From NCBI RefSeq assembly GCF_009914755.1, contig NC_060946.1: a DNA stretch of 64,000 nucleotides; one strand, written 5' to 3'. This document shows positions 47,306 to 62,130 of the stretch, one piece after another. The notes under the pieces were generated by a model. The model did no database searches. It was given only the letters and a program-made list of their open reading frames with translations, and was not told the origin of the DNA. Origin of the DNA: the human T2T-CHM13v2.0 reference genome, Homo sapiens. The stretch's first letter is position 1; each line of letters begins with the position of its first letter. A program made the position numbers and the translations under genes.

Positions 47306-47415
47306 ATTATTCAATCAATGGATAAAACCACACAGATATCAAAAGAATGGGAGTATAACTATTTCTGACAATGCCTTACACTAACTGGCTTTAGTTTTAA
47401 AATGGTCAAATACAT

Positions 47416-47714
47416 TCTTTTTTCCTTTTGAGACAGGGTCTCACTCTGTCACCCAGGCTGGAGTGCAATGGTGTGATCATAGCTCATTGCAGCCTCAACT
47501 TCCCAGGTTCAAGTGATCCTCCCACCTAAGCCTCCCAAGTAGCTAGGACTGCAGGCATGCACCACTACACCTGGCTAATTTATTTTTATTTTTGTAGAGA
47601 TGGGGGTCTTGCTAATGCCGCCCAGGTTGGTCTCGAACTCCTGGCCTCAAGTGATCCTCCTGCCTCGGCCTCGCAAAGTGCTGAAATTACAGGTGTGAGC
47701 CACCATGCCTGGCC
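47416..47714 (-). mobile_element. Alu (AluJ-like); donor of the copy at 49552-49840
   Basis: Full-length reverse-complement consensus. Confidence 0.93.
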
Positions 47715-49388
47715 TAATTTCTTCAATGTTCCAATTGTCTTGAGATCTGCAGTCTCCCCTTTGCTTCCAGTTTAGCCTGAGCATGATTTGAGGGTCACTT
47801 GCCTCCAGATGCAAGTGTCCGGCAGGCACCCCCTACCCTGTGGCACAGTCCAGTGGGGACAGCTCTTCTGGGCTTGGGCCTGCCCCTCTTGGCCAGGTGT
47901 GGTGGTGAAGGGAGGTGGAGACAAGCCACATTACCTGGGCCCTTCCCTGGATGGGACACAATGCTCTGTGCTTGCCCCCACACCAGCTAGACGTTAAGGA
48001 GGCTCCCTTGGGGTCTGAGTCCCAGGATCACCATGCACCAAGTCATATGACTTTGGGAAAGCCACCTGCTCCCAGGCCTCAGTTTGCTCGTCTGTGAAAT
48101 GGAAGGGATGCTGGCATTTCCATCAGCAGTGTTGCAGGGATAGGATAGAAGAAGATAAGCATTTGGGGCACTTAGCAGAGCACATGGTAGTCACAGTCAT
48201 CAGTATTGTTTCCTTTAATTGCAACTCCTAAAATCAGGGATCCAAGGGACCTCAAAGACACACCCAACGTCTTTGGCCTCAAACTGGGAACGGTTGTGTT
48301 ACCCCTTTCTCTCACTCTCGTGGGCCCCCTGGCTCATCTCCATGCTGGGGCATTCTCTGGGCATCGCGAAGGGCACGACATTACTCCCTGGCATTTGCAA
48401 AGTTGTTTGGCATGGGTGCGGCATTTCACTGTGTACAGGCCCCTTCCTCTGCCCAGTCCATACCTACCCCTCACGTACCTCTAGCGCTTTACAGTTTATA
48501 TGTCATGCAGCATCTGCTGGGCTTAGGATGCCGACCCATGGTTTACAGAGCACACGGAGGCCCGGAGAGCCACAGGGAGCCCGGGGAGCCATGCGGGCCC
48601 CAGGCTTTGCCTCTGGGCGGCCCCACGGGCGGTGGTGCGATTCTGGCTCGGCTCCGGTCCCCTCGGGCTCTACCTTCTTGTGCTCCCTCTGTGTCCTGCG
48701 GAAGATGAAGTCTTCCTGAACGAGGCTCGGGAATGCTGCCACTGTTCAATGAGCTAATGGTGAAATTGGAAACTCAAGGGCTGGAGGCAGAGAAAAAAAA
48801 AAAAAAGACAAGCTTTGATTCACAGGCAGGAGAATGAGTGAATGGGGAAAATTCATCCTGCGGTCATCAGAGGAAATGCCTGGGTGGCACGTCCCTCGTC
48901 CTTCGAGCAAAGTCTCTCCTGGAGAGGGGAAGGTCATGCAGGTGGCAAGCTCAGTGGCCGGCGGTGGCTGAAGCTGGGACAGGGAGGCGAAGGAGTGGGC
49001 TTGGGGCAGACAGACCTGGGCTCCAATCCCAGCGCTGCTGCAATAGCCACCGTGCCACCCTCACCTGGGAAGCAGGGTGATGGTGGGTGTTACCTCAGGG
49101 GTCCCCTAAGCAGAGTAAGTTAGCTGGTAGAAGATGGGCACAAAATAGATGCTCACAAAATAAAAACCCCTGGAAGCTTCTCTAGTAGGCCAAAGTGGAG
49201 ACAATCTACTGTCTCTTTAGAAGAGGGGTTAAAATCTGTCAGCTGCCTCCACTGGTCCTGAGTGAGTGATTGAGCCATTTCGACAGCCTCGGGTCTGATT
49301 TCTGGTGTTGGGGTAGTCAGCTGGAGTCATGACAAGGTTTCTAGAGGTAATCACTCACATTACATTTAGAATGAGCCGCTGGGCCCAC

Positions 49389-50016
<628 letters not shown>

Positions 50017-50814
50017 GTAATCACACACATGTCTAGCAGGTCACCACAGGCATTCTCATATGGTCTTTTTCATTTCTTCACATGGACTCATTGAGCTGGG
50101 TGTTATGATCGCTGCAGGTGAGGACGCAGGGATCTGTGGGACAGAGACTTGTCCCGGGTCACACGGCTTGCAGATGACAGCACTTGGCCTCCAGTCTGGA
50201 GCTCCTGCCTCCAGCTCCTCGGTGCCTTCTCATACTCCATCTTAATTTGGGAGGAAATGGAATCACCTGGGAGAAGGGGAGGAATGAAATTAGAATGTTA
50301 GCAGAAGAATGTTGTTGTGCCTTGAACAGTTTTAGAATTTCCTCCCAGATCCTTCAGACCGGTGAACTCACCTGCAAACACACTTTGTGATAGGAAGGCA
50401 ATAGGCTGCAGCGAGAAAGTCTCCAACTCACCCGTTTTTTTGTTTAAACTTCAGGTTCCCAAATTAATAGAGGCTTCCTCTGTGTGCTAGGAGGATGCCA
50501 AGCAAGCTTCCCAGCCTGGAACTGGGAGATAATAGTAATTAATGGAGCCAGTTTGGGTGAGGAACCTCAGCTTGTGAGGTAAACAGGAAAAGATTCTGTT
50601 CTGTTTTATTATTTTTTTCTAATAACTGCTCCCCTGTGCTCTGCTGAGCTTCGTTTTTCTTGCTGGGTAGCTGGTTTCCTCTAGGACACTTCATTCTGTA
50701 ACTTTCCAGTCACTTTTAGTTATTAAAAATAACAATCTCATTTTGGTTACTAAGACTCAATCCTGTTCATTTTGAAATGGCAATCTCATATGAAACTGGG
50801 AGCTTCCCTCTGGG

Positions 50815-51225
50815 GTATATGTGTGTGCCTGTGCCTGTGTGGGCATGTTCATATGTGTATGTGTGCCCGTATGTGTGGGTAGTGTGTGCATGTACATGTC
50901 TGCATGCATGTGTGTGTGTCCATGTGTGTGCATGTGTGTGTGGACATGTACATATGTGTATGTGTGCCTGTGCATGTGTGGGCAGTGTGTGCATGTACAT
51001 GTGTGCATGCATGTGTGTGTGCATGTGTGCGTATGGGCATGTACGTATGCGCATGTGTACATATGTTTGTGTGGGCGCATGTGCATGTACATGTGTGCAT
51101 GTATGTGTGCATGTGTATGTGTGCGTACATATGTGTATGTGTGCATGTGCTTGTGTAGGCAGTGTGTGCTTAGGTGTATGCACGTGTGAGCAGTGTATGC
51201 ATGTATATGTGTGCATGCATGTGTG
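50815..51225. repeat. Degenerate (TG/CATG/TATG)n alternating purine-pyrimidine tract
   Basis: Read directly from the sequence; source of the His/Thr and Val/Cys ORFs. Confidence 0.93.
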
Positions 51226-52477
51226 GTTCTTGGGATCTTGGAAAACGCAGCTCTGGCTCAAATTCTCCCTTTTTATCCCAATTATCTGAGGCAAGCGGGA
51301 CAGTTCTGGCTCCCAGAGCCCCTGATCTTGATAGCAAGGTGGACCTTGGCTTAAGTCCATACCACCTACTGTGATGTCCACCCAAGCCACAGGAAACCTG
51401 TGAGTCCTTGCTACACCAGAGAGCGGCCACCCTTCTCTCTGCCCTGCCATCTCCACTGTTGCTTTCTCCATGCACCATGGGGTTGTTGAAACCTGGTGGC
51501 TCAGGGTGCATTGCAGGCTTAATGGCTCAGAGTGGTTGGAGACATGCTCATGGTGCCTGACCTGGGGAGGGGCAGGTGAGATTAGGTGTCGGGCGCTCCT
51601 GGGCTCATAGAAAGGCAGCGGGGCACTCTGCCTGCTTCCCTCAACACCTCTCTTGCATCTCTCCCTGGTAAATGCTGCCCTATCGTTTGGTGTCTCTTGT
51701 CACTGGAGCTATAGAAAATCCTAGGACTCCAAGAATGACACCTTCTTTGAGATGGCTCTGGAGGATTTAGTAACTTTGTTCTTCCCAGTGAAATTTTGGA
51801 GCCCCTTCAGAGCCCTTTAAGAGGGAAGCTGGGGTAGGAGGAGCCCCCAGGACCTCCTGGCATCCTGTTACACGCAGTCCTATTCACAGAGCCCCCGGAC
51901 AGTGCCTTCTCAGGACACTCACAGCAGGTTTCATTATCCTCATTTTACAGATGAGGAAACGAAGGCTCAGACACAAAAGAACTTGTCCAAGTTTACATGG
52001 GCAGCTAGTGGCAGAATCGGGATTTGGATCTGGGTCTGCTTGTCTTCAGAGACCCAGGAGTCACGGATGTTTGTTATTTAGGGTCACCCAGAGTCTATTC
52101 CTCCTCCTTCTGGTTCCAGCACCCTAATGTCTTTTAGAGCCATCGCTTCTTCCTCATCGGGTGCAGTCTTGGGGCCCAGTCCATTAAGGCTTCCTGCCCT
52201 CCCTTAGACACTGACCTAAACTGAGCTCATCAGACCCTCTGTCCTGGACCCTGAGCCAGGAACAGACAGCAACAGGGACAAGCACCCCATCCCCAAAGAG
52301 AGAGAAGCAAACAGCAAAGAGCAGTCATTCCAGCCCTGGACCGACGAGGCCATCGAGTAGCTCCAGCTTCCCAGGCTTGGGAGCTGCTGCAGTTCCTGCC
52401 CATTTTCAGGTCCTGGTTTTCAGATCCCATGCGGTGGACTAGCCAATATCCTCCAAATAAAACCCCCCACCCCTATT

Positions 52478-52478
<1 letters not shown>

Positions 52479-52513
<35 letters not shown>

Positions 52514-52805
52514 TTATTTATTTATTTATTTATAGATGGGAAGTTTTGCTCTATTGCCCAGGCTGGAGTGCAGTGACGTGATCATAGCTCACTCCTACCT
52601 CAAACTCCTGGGCTCAAGCAATCTTCCTGCCTCAGCCCTCCTGAGTAGCTGGGACTACAAGCATGCACCACCATAGCCAGCTAATTAAAAAACTTTTTTT
52701 TTAAATGTTGCCCAGGCTGGTCTTGAATTCCTGGCCTCAAGTGATCCTCCCACCTCGGCCTCCCAAATTGTTGGGATTACAGGTGTGAGCCACCGCACCT
52801 GGCCT
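52479..52805 (-). mobile_element. Alu (AluJ-like) with (TATC)n(TATT)n tail, inserted in a probable ERVL LTR16/33-like relic
   Basis: Microsatellite tail at 52479-52533 then reverse-complement Alu; flanks carry LTR-like AATAAA and GTTGGTTTCCATTGTTTGTAATCAAA. Confidence 0.88.
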
Positions 52806-53794
52806 CCCTATTTTATTTGCTTTAGTCAGCCACAGTTGGTTTCCATTGTTTGTAATCAAATAATCCTCTCTGGTACCCTAAGCATGGTGTTGGGGGACCC
52901 TGCTCTTTGCCTGCTGGGAACCCCTTTGTTCTCTGTGTATTGATGAATTATGACATTTAAGGCACTTAGAACAGGGCCTGGCTCTCAACAAATGACTCTG
53001 CCATTCTTATTACTCTTCTCGTCTTGGGCTCCAGTTCACGTCGGGGTCCAGGCTGGGGTGTGTGGCCAGGTCTGGCCCTCCCAGGCCTTGGGGCTGTTGG
53101 GATCCCCATGAAGCCTGAGCTCACAGGTCTGGGTTCGGTTCCTACCAGGCAGATGCTCGTGCGGCGTCAGATGGGCGCTCACCACAGCTGGCATTAATTG
53201 ACCATGTGACCAGCTGGCAGCTGCTGCCTGTGCTGTGTTCCAGGGGCCCCAGCCAGGAAGGGCTGGACTCGCCATCCTCCCCAACTGGTGTTATGAAGTA
53301 TGAAGATCGTTATCGTTCTGAGCACCTACTACGTGCCCGGCCCTTTAACGATAGTAAGGGCAATCCTAATCATAAAAGCCACAGCATCAAACATTGTCAC
53401 TGTTTGTTTTTCCCAGCATTCTTATGGGGAGACTTGTGCCCATTTTATGGACGAGTAAATTGAGGCCGAGGGACGTTGCTGGGAAAACATGGAAGGTGCT
53501 TGGGTTCAACTTGGTGTCTCAACTTCAGCAGTGGCACTGGCTGGTTTCTTTAGATTTACTTCAAGGTAAACACGAAAGTATTTGATTTTCCAAGACAGCA
53601 CAGCTTGATCGACATGAGAAACACACACAGTCCTCCTATTAATATGGCTTTGATGGTGCTCTTTACAAAATATTCCTGACTCTATTATATTACAGGGCCT
53701 TCACCTCCTCCTCCCTGTGTCATGTCTAGATCCTTGGGGACAAATGGGAACATCCTCACGCATGCTGGCTACACATCAATAACTCCCAGATTTC

Positions 53795-54122
<328 letters not shown>

Positions 54123-54149
54123 GCCAACTCCCTGATTTCTATCTCCAGT

Positions 54150-55160
54150 ACAGCTGGCTTCTGCATCCTAGACTGGCTTCTCCAACAGCCTTCTTGACAC
54201 CTCACAGGGATGGCTGGAAGACACCTCAAGCCCCACACATCCATACTCTTGGGCTCCCTCACTCCCCGACCCTGCTACTCAAGCAACTTCCTTCACCTCA
54301 CAGGCTGGCAACTCCATCCTCCTCATGCTCAGTCCAAAGCCCTGCAGTCATCCCTGGCTTCCTCTCTTTCTCTCTTGCCCACATCTCATCCATTTGGAAA
54401 TCATGCATGGGTCAGGAATTGATCCCCTCTTTCCCTTCTACCACCTCCACCCTAGTCTGAGCCACCATCCTTTCTTGCCTGGATTACCCCATTATCTTCC
54501 TACCCTGCTCCCAGCTCCTACACTGGCCCCACCTTCATCCCTTCCCAACACAGAGACTGGATGATCCTTTGAAGACAGGAGTCAGACTGTGTCCCCTATC
54601 TGCTCAAGCCTAGGTTGTGACTTCCATTTTGCTCAGGGTAAAAGCCAAAGGTATAAGGGCCCCCAGGACCCTCCTGATCTGGACTCAGGTCCCACAGCTC
54701 TCTCCTGCCTGCTCTGCTCAGCCACACTGGTCCCTTGCAGTCACCCCCCACGCCAGGCTGGCTCTTGCCGCAGGGCCTTTGCACCAGCCGCTCCCTCCTC
54801 CCTCTTGCTACGCACATGGCTCACTTCCTTATCTCCCGCGAGTCTGCTCAGTGAGCTTCTTCTTCCCTGACCACACTAAGGTTGAATTGTCCACACCTCA
54901 CACCCCATGCCCCTCCTCTCCCTCATGCTGTCTTACTTTTTCTTTGTTTCATACCAAGTATCACCTTCTGATACCCTTATTGAAGGATTTCACTTAAGTA
55001 TCTACTTTAGGAGAATTTGCTGAAGGCGATTTATGATTGCTGGTTTTTGTCTGACTTATATCAGCTCCCCCAGGGTGAAACTCTTTGCCTGTTTTGTTCC
55101 CCACATGTCACAAGCTTCTGGAGCACTGCCTTGCACGCAGTGGACACCCTGTGGATGAAT
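54150..55160 (+). mobile_element. L2 LINE fragments
   Basis: Pyrimidine-rich L2-like body (GCTCAGTCCAAAGCCCTGCAGTCATCCCTG, CACCCTAGTCTGAGCCACCATC). Confidence 0.6.
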
Positions 55161-57614
55161 CCCCAGTAGTTTTCCTCGGATCCTCAAATTTCTCCCTGAC
55201 ACTGGAGCCACAGAGCATCATTTCATGCCCTTGTACACAGTATCATTAGAGTCTGCAGAAAACAAAAATGACCCTGCAGTGTAAGCTGTTGGCTCGGCTG
55301 CTGTTCTCACCTTTGGGCTCCACCCATGCCAAAGCCCTTATAGGCTCCTGCTCTGTCACACCTCAGGGCCTTTGCACATGCTGTGCCTCTTTCTGCCCAG
55401 TGGACTCTTGGGTGTCATTCAAAGCCCTGCTAAGGTGTTGCCTCTTCCCTGAGGCCCTCCAGGACACTCCCACCCTCCTCAGTCCTGGGAAACACTTAAT
55501 CCCTTCTTCCTTTCCTGCAGTGACATACCTATGGCATTTCTCAGTGTATGGGTCCCAGTGTCCCCCTGGGTCATGGCTCTGTGTCCATTGCACCATCAGA
55601 CTGTGAGCTCCTTGAGGGCAGAGGCTTGGCTCTTGCTCTGTATCCTGAGCCTGGGGCTTGGCACAGGGCAGGTGCCCAGTCAGTGTTTGTTGGGGAAGAC
55701 AGAGTAAATCTGACACAAGCCAGGAGAGAACAAAGACAGTTGTGAAGACCCTTTCAAGGTCACTGGCTGGCGGGGAATGAACACTGTCTTATTATTTGAT
55801 CATTTATTTATACTCTATTTTCAAATAGGATTTGAGACAGGCTGAGATGAAAAGCATAGATATGGCAAAAATGAAGCCCTGCGTCTTGAGTGCCTCCTCC
55901 TCCTCCTCCTGGCTCTTCCTCCCTGGCTATAAACATGCCCCAGACTCTGTCTTCTTAAAAGAAGTGCCCTAAACCCTCCAGCAGCTCTATGGCCCTCTGC
56001 AGCCCAGGCTTTCAAACCAGGCCTGCAGCCATTGTCTATCCTCAGACCCACTTTCTGAAGCTGGAGTCATCTTATTTCTGCCCCATCCCCCCAGTAAACC
56101 CATCTTAGCCGGGGCACCGGGTACTTCTATGTTACTAATACAATGGACACATTCAGATCTAAGTCACTGGAGTTCTGGGTAGCCTTGGGCATTTTGACCC
56201 CTCTTCCCTTCTCCAACCCCCTGTTTACCTTGGCTGATGTGACGCCACACTCTTGGGGTCCCTACCAACTCTCTGTTTTCTCCTTCCCACCTCCTGTCCT
56301 CTGCTCATCCCATAAACATCTATGAGCCTCGGGACTCCTTCCCTCATCCCTTCTCTAGTCACCCTACACACTTTTCCTGAGCAATTCTCTTTTCATTCTG
56401 CAGTTACCACCAGGACTAGTTTGGGTAATTCTAGAAACAGATAAACCCCCAAAGCTCAGTGGCTTAACACAGTACAAATTTCTCTCTCCCTTACACAAAG
56501 TCCATTCAGTAGCAAGAAGAGAGAAGGGGGCTTGGCTCCCTCTGGTCATCAAGGGATGCAGGCTCAATTCACTTGGCCGTCATTGACCCTGAATCTGTGC
56601 GCACATTGGACAAGAGCAGGGTTGGGGGAGCCTGTCCACTTACCATCCTATCACCGGGGGATAGTCACCCTACCTCTCTGAGCATCCTTTTCTTCATCTG
56701 TCCAGAGGAAGAGCATGCCACCCACCTTGAGACTCTGTTGTGAGGCCCCATGAGAGCACAGACAAATGACGATGCTGACAAGGGAGTTCTAGGTGGGCAG
56801 GGACAGGCTTCTTTCTCTCGCATTTCCTGAGCCAGGAAACACCTGCCAGTTGGCTGAACCCAGGAGTTGGGGATGTGGCTAGAAGGAGACGGAATCAGGC
56901 CCCATCGCAAGCCATGTTCTCAGGGAGGCCTTGCTGCTGGGGACTGTGCAGGGACATCCCGGCCAGAAGGCAGCTGTGTGACTGGATCCTCCTACATAAA
57001 TTCGTGGCCAGAGCATGGGAACTCACCCAGAGAACTGACTCAGCCTTCTGGCTGGCTCTCAGAGCCTGTGCTGGGGCTGCAGCAGGGCTGATGGTCAAAT
57101 CCATCACCCACAGTCAACTGCATGACAGTGGGCATATGTCACCAGCTCTCAAAGCCAGACAGGCTGGATCCTCTGTCCTCTTCAAAGGGAAGGAAGACTG
57201 ACATTGATTGAGCACCTACTGTGTGCCAGACATTCTCTTAAGTGCTTTACATCTACCATTGTTTAAGTCTCACAGTAGCCCAGGAAGTGGGCGGCAGTCA
57301 TCGTTCCCATCTCACAGGTTAGGAAACCAAGACTTAGGAAGCTTAAGATTTCAAAATTTCAATAAAAGCACAACAAGAAAGAGGAAGCCCAAAGCATGCA
57401 CACTTCAAACGCCCAGTGGCTTATTTTTGAGCTCTCTCTTGACCCACTTCTTTAACTCTCCTAAGACCATATCACAGAAAGGAAGGAGGCAGGGCCTGGG
57501 AATTGGAACACCTGGGCTCACAGTCCACAGCCAGCACTTACTAAATGAGTCATGTTGTGCAAACCACTGTAACCTCTTGAAGACTCAGTTTTCTCATCTG
57601 TCGAATGGTCGTAA

Positions 57615-57965
<351 letters not shown>

Positions 57966-57968
<3 letters not shown>

Positions 57969-58560
57969 GTCTCACTCTGTCACCCAGACTAGAGTGCAGT
58001 GGTGCCATCATGACCCATTGCCACACTCGACTTACCAGCCTCAAGAGATCCCACCACCTTGGCCTCCTGAGTAGCTGGGACTCCAGGTGTGCACCACCAT
58101 GCCCCGCTAATTTTTGAATTTAAATTTTTTTGTAGAGACAGTGTCTTGCTACATTGCCCAGCCTGGTCTCAAACTCCTGGGCTCAAATGATACTCCTGCC
58201 TTGGCCTCCCAAAGTGCTGAGAGACCCCCTTCTTTCCTTTTGCTACTGAATGGACTTTATGTAAGGGAGAGAGGAATTTGTACTGCGTTAAGCCACTGAG
58301 CTTTGGGGGTTTATCTGTTCCTAGAATTACCCAAACTAGTCCTGGCGGTAACTGCAATCATGGGCATGAAAAGAGAATTGCTCAGGAAAAGTGTGTTGGG
58401 TGAGTAGAGAAGGGGTGAGGAAAGGAGTCCCAAGGCTCGCAGATGTTTATGGGATGAGCAGAGGATGGGAGGTGGGAGGGAGAAAACAGAGAGGTGGAAG
58501 GGACCTCAAGAGTGTGGTGTCCAGGAGAAGCAAAGAGTCCAGGAGCCACTGCACCTGGCC
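57966..58560 (-). mobile_element. Alu (AluJ-like) split by a ~320 bp non-Alu insertion at 58221-58542
   Basis: Alu runs to CCCAAAGTGCTGA (58220) and resumes as GAGCCACTGCACCTGGCC (58543-58560). Confidence 0.88.
58225..58521. repeat. Inverted copy of 56241-56530
   Basis: Manual reverse-complement alignment, ~92% identity with one ~7-bp indel. Confidence 0.95.
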
Positions 58561-58843
58561 AGCATTTTCTCTGTTTAAGCTGCTGCAATCTCCCACTCAG
58601 ATGCTCCTTAGGGGTCTTCTACGGCTTAATCTGTTCTGAAGCCTCTTCTCTGCACAGCAGCCAAGGAAGTTTTTGAAACAGAAATCAGATCACAGTACTT
58701 CCTTGCTTGAAACCCTTAAATGGGTTCACATGCATTCCTGACACCTTGTGTGAGCAAGCTCTCCCTATGTCTTGCCACCTGACCCTGTCCCTTAGCTTCT
58801 TTTCAGCCCCTGGCCACCTTTTCATCTTTTTGTCACCCTGTGC

Positions 58844-59138
<295 letters not shown>

Positions 59139-60656
59139 CACTCTGTGATTTTTCTTGTTCCAAGTCCTATGCACATGCTTTCTACTCTGCTTGGAACATA
59201 CCTCTCTCATGCTCTTCAACTGGGCAACACCTGTTTCTGCTTCAGATTGCATGAGAAATATCATTTTCTCAGAAATGCATCTTTCTGCTCCTCTAAATTA
59301 GGTTCCCTGGGTTTCCCTCCCACAGCATGCCATCTCTTTCACTCTGCATGATTTGCCATTGCATTTTTACTTGTTTGTTTTTTAATGTCTGTCTCCCTCT
59401 TAGAATGTAAGCTCCATGAGGGCAGGCACCATGTCTGCTCTGCTCACTGTCAAGTCCCCATCCCCAGCACAGTGCCTGGCACCAAAAGGGCACTCAACAC
59501 TTTTAGTGGAACGAGCAGAGGTGTTTGCTGCTGTTTCCCCAGCATGCCTCATCCTGCCATTCCATTCTTGTGCTAGAAAGGGTGCAGCCCCAGGATCCAG
59601 TGTGTAGGAAGGAGAAGTGCCCTCGTGAGGGCCCCTCCTGTATTCCCAGGCCCCAAGGAGGTGCAGGAGGAGGGAGAGCCTCTTGCACCACCCGTCTGGT
59701 TCCAGAAGAGCAGCCGGCCTATCTCCCTCGCCTGCCACAGTCCCAACTTCCCCTAGACAGCACCGAGGCCACCTCTGCAAAAATGGGCCCCAGATGACAA
59801 GGTTCTCCTCTCACCGGGACCACTGGGACACAGCGCGACAACTGACCTATATTAATCACAAGTGCTATTAGCCGTCTTGGTCCCCTCCCAGCCAGCATCA
59901 AATCCCACCCTGCACAAGCACTTCCACCTATCCAAGGACGTTGTAAAAATAAAATGATCACAACCTGGCCCTCGGGGAGCCTCAGTCTTACAGTGTGTCC
60001 TGCTCCGAGGCGGACAACATTCACAACCCAGTTTGAGGAGGAGAAGCAGAGAGAAGGAGGTAAAAAGGAGGGAGGAATTTGTGGAGGGGAAGGGGGTAAG
60101 GCAGATACTCAAGAACTTGAAGGCATGAGGGCAGATGAGATGAGAAAGAGAGGGACAAAGTGGCAAAGAAGAGGAATGAGAGCAACACACGGAGAGAAGA
60201 AAAATTAGCAAAAGAGCCCAGGGGAGATATTAGGGAGCGGGACTAGAATTCTAACAAGAACAGTGGAAGCCTTATAAAGAACATTAAAGAGTCCCGGAAG
60301 GAAATTCGTTAAAAGGAGAAGAATGGGATGAAAGGAAGAAAATAAATGAAAAGCAAATAAAACTGATTCTTCTGCCTGCCCCCTAAATGAGATTGGGCTG
60401 TTTGCTGAAAATAGAAGCAGAGGAAGTGAAACAACCCAGGAATATACCAAGGCTGAAGGCTGGAGAGTTGGGAAGGAAGGGCTGACGGGTAAGACAGAAA
60501 GCAATTCAAGGCACACCCAAGTGACAGCTGGGGGCGGGGGCGGTTGGATGACGACTGGACCGGCCCTTGAAAACTGGTTGGTGTTCTTGCCTTGGGCCAG
60601 GCATGTCCAGCCCTCAGAGGCCCGGCTTTGAGGCAAGTTCTTTTCTAGACTCCACA

Positions 60657-60735
60657 CCTGCCCTGCTCTGCCCTGCCCTGCCCTGCCCTGCCCTGCCCTG
60701 CCCTGCCATGCCCTGCCCTGCCATGCCCTGCCCTG
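60657..60735. repeat. (CCCTG)n pentanucleotide repeat
   Basis: Read directly from the sequence. Confidence 0.92.
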
Positions 60736-61169
60736 CTGGGAGTTTTCAGTCCTAGGAGGGTGGCTGCTGGTTGCTCAGGAGCAAACTGTTCCCCTAAGGC
60801 CCAGGTCAAACCCATTGACTCCATTGTCTCTCCTCTTCAACTGTGCCCTCAGAGGCTCTTGGACAGCCAAGGGTTCTGTCTGGGAATGTATAGTCTCTCC
60901 CGGGTCCATCCTGGAGATGCACATTTGGACAAATGCACATTTGGACATTTTGTCTCCAAATGTGCAGTAAAAAAAACTCAGTGCACTCAAAATTGCCATC
61001 CCTCTGTCTCCCTTCACTAATTCACTATTCAACAAGGTTTCACTGAGCACTTAGTATGTGCCAGGACTCCAGTGAATAAGACAAAGTCCCTGACCTGCAA
61101 CACTTAGAGTTCTTCTTTCCTCCCATCTTTGCCTCCTTCCTTCTTTCTGGCTCATATTCACCCCTCCAG

Positions 61170-61700
61170 TGTATCAGTTATTCTTGCTGCATTGCAAACC
61201 ACCCCAAACTTACTGGGTGCAAACCAACACCAATCATTTGTGATTACATCTCTCATGCATGGGGAGGTTGACTGAGCTCAGCCATGTAGTTCTCGCCAGG
61301 GTCTTTCACTCAGTCACGGTTAGATGGGGGCTGAGGGCTAGGGGCTGGGGCTGAAGCTGGTTTGAAGGCCTCCTCCCTCATGTGTCCGGGGGCTGGGAGC
61401 TCACCTGGAGCTGGCAGCTGAAACTCCTATGTGCCCATCACCATGTGTTCTGGGCTCCCTTACTGCATGGTGACTGGGTTCTAAGGGGCTGTGGTGCCTT
61501 TTCTGACCTACTGTCAGAAGTCACATAGCGTCGCTGCAGTTGTATTCTCTTAGGAGTACTGCTCGGCTCTCAGGCAGTCATAGAGATCCATCCAGGTTGA
61601 AGGGGAGGGGACACAGACCCCACCTCTTGATGGAGGACTGGCAGGGTCACTTGCAGGATGAGCATGTGGGAGCATCTTTGGAAAATACCATCTGCCGCAA
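61170..61700 (-). mobile_element. MaLR LTR (MLT1F/G/H-like)
   Basis: TGTATCAGTTATTCTTGCTGCATTGCAAACCACCCCAAACTT ... CATCTTTGGAAAATACCATCTGCC. Confidence 0.7.
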
Positions 61701-61746
61701 TTTGCCTTCTGGCCACAGCTATTCACGATGATTCATACCCACCCCT

Positions 61747-62130
61747 ATTATGAGCTGAACTCTGTCTCCCCAAAAATTCATATGTTGAAGCCCTAATCCC
61801 AGTACCTTAGAATGTGACTGTATTTGAAGACAGGTTCATTAAAGAGGTGATTAAATGACAATGAGGTCATTATCATGGGCCCTAATCCAATATGACTATT
61901 GTCCTTATTAAAAAAGACTGGGACACAGACACACACAGAAGCAAGACTGTGGGAAGACACAGGGAGGAAGCAGCCAACTCTAAGCCAGAGAGAGACCTCA
62001 GAAGAAACCAACCCTGCTGACACCTTGATCTTGGACTTCCAGCCTCCAGAACAGCAAGAGAATAAATTCCTGTTGGTTTAGCCACCCAGGCTGTAGAATT
62101 TTGCTATGGCAGTCCTAGCAGAGGAATACA
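61747..62130 (+). mobile_element. MaLR solo LTR (MLT1A/B-like) nested in an older MLT1 element
   Basis: TATTATGAGCTGAACTCTGTCTCCCCAAAAATTCATATGTTGAAGCCCTAA ... GCAGTCCTAGCAGAGGAATACA. Confidence 0.85.

Noticed and set aside
50757-51511. His/Thr- and Cys/Val-rich ORFs
   Set aside because: Translations of the TG-rich low-complexity repeat.
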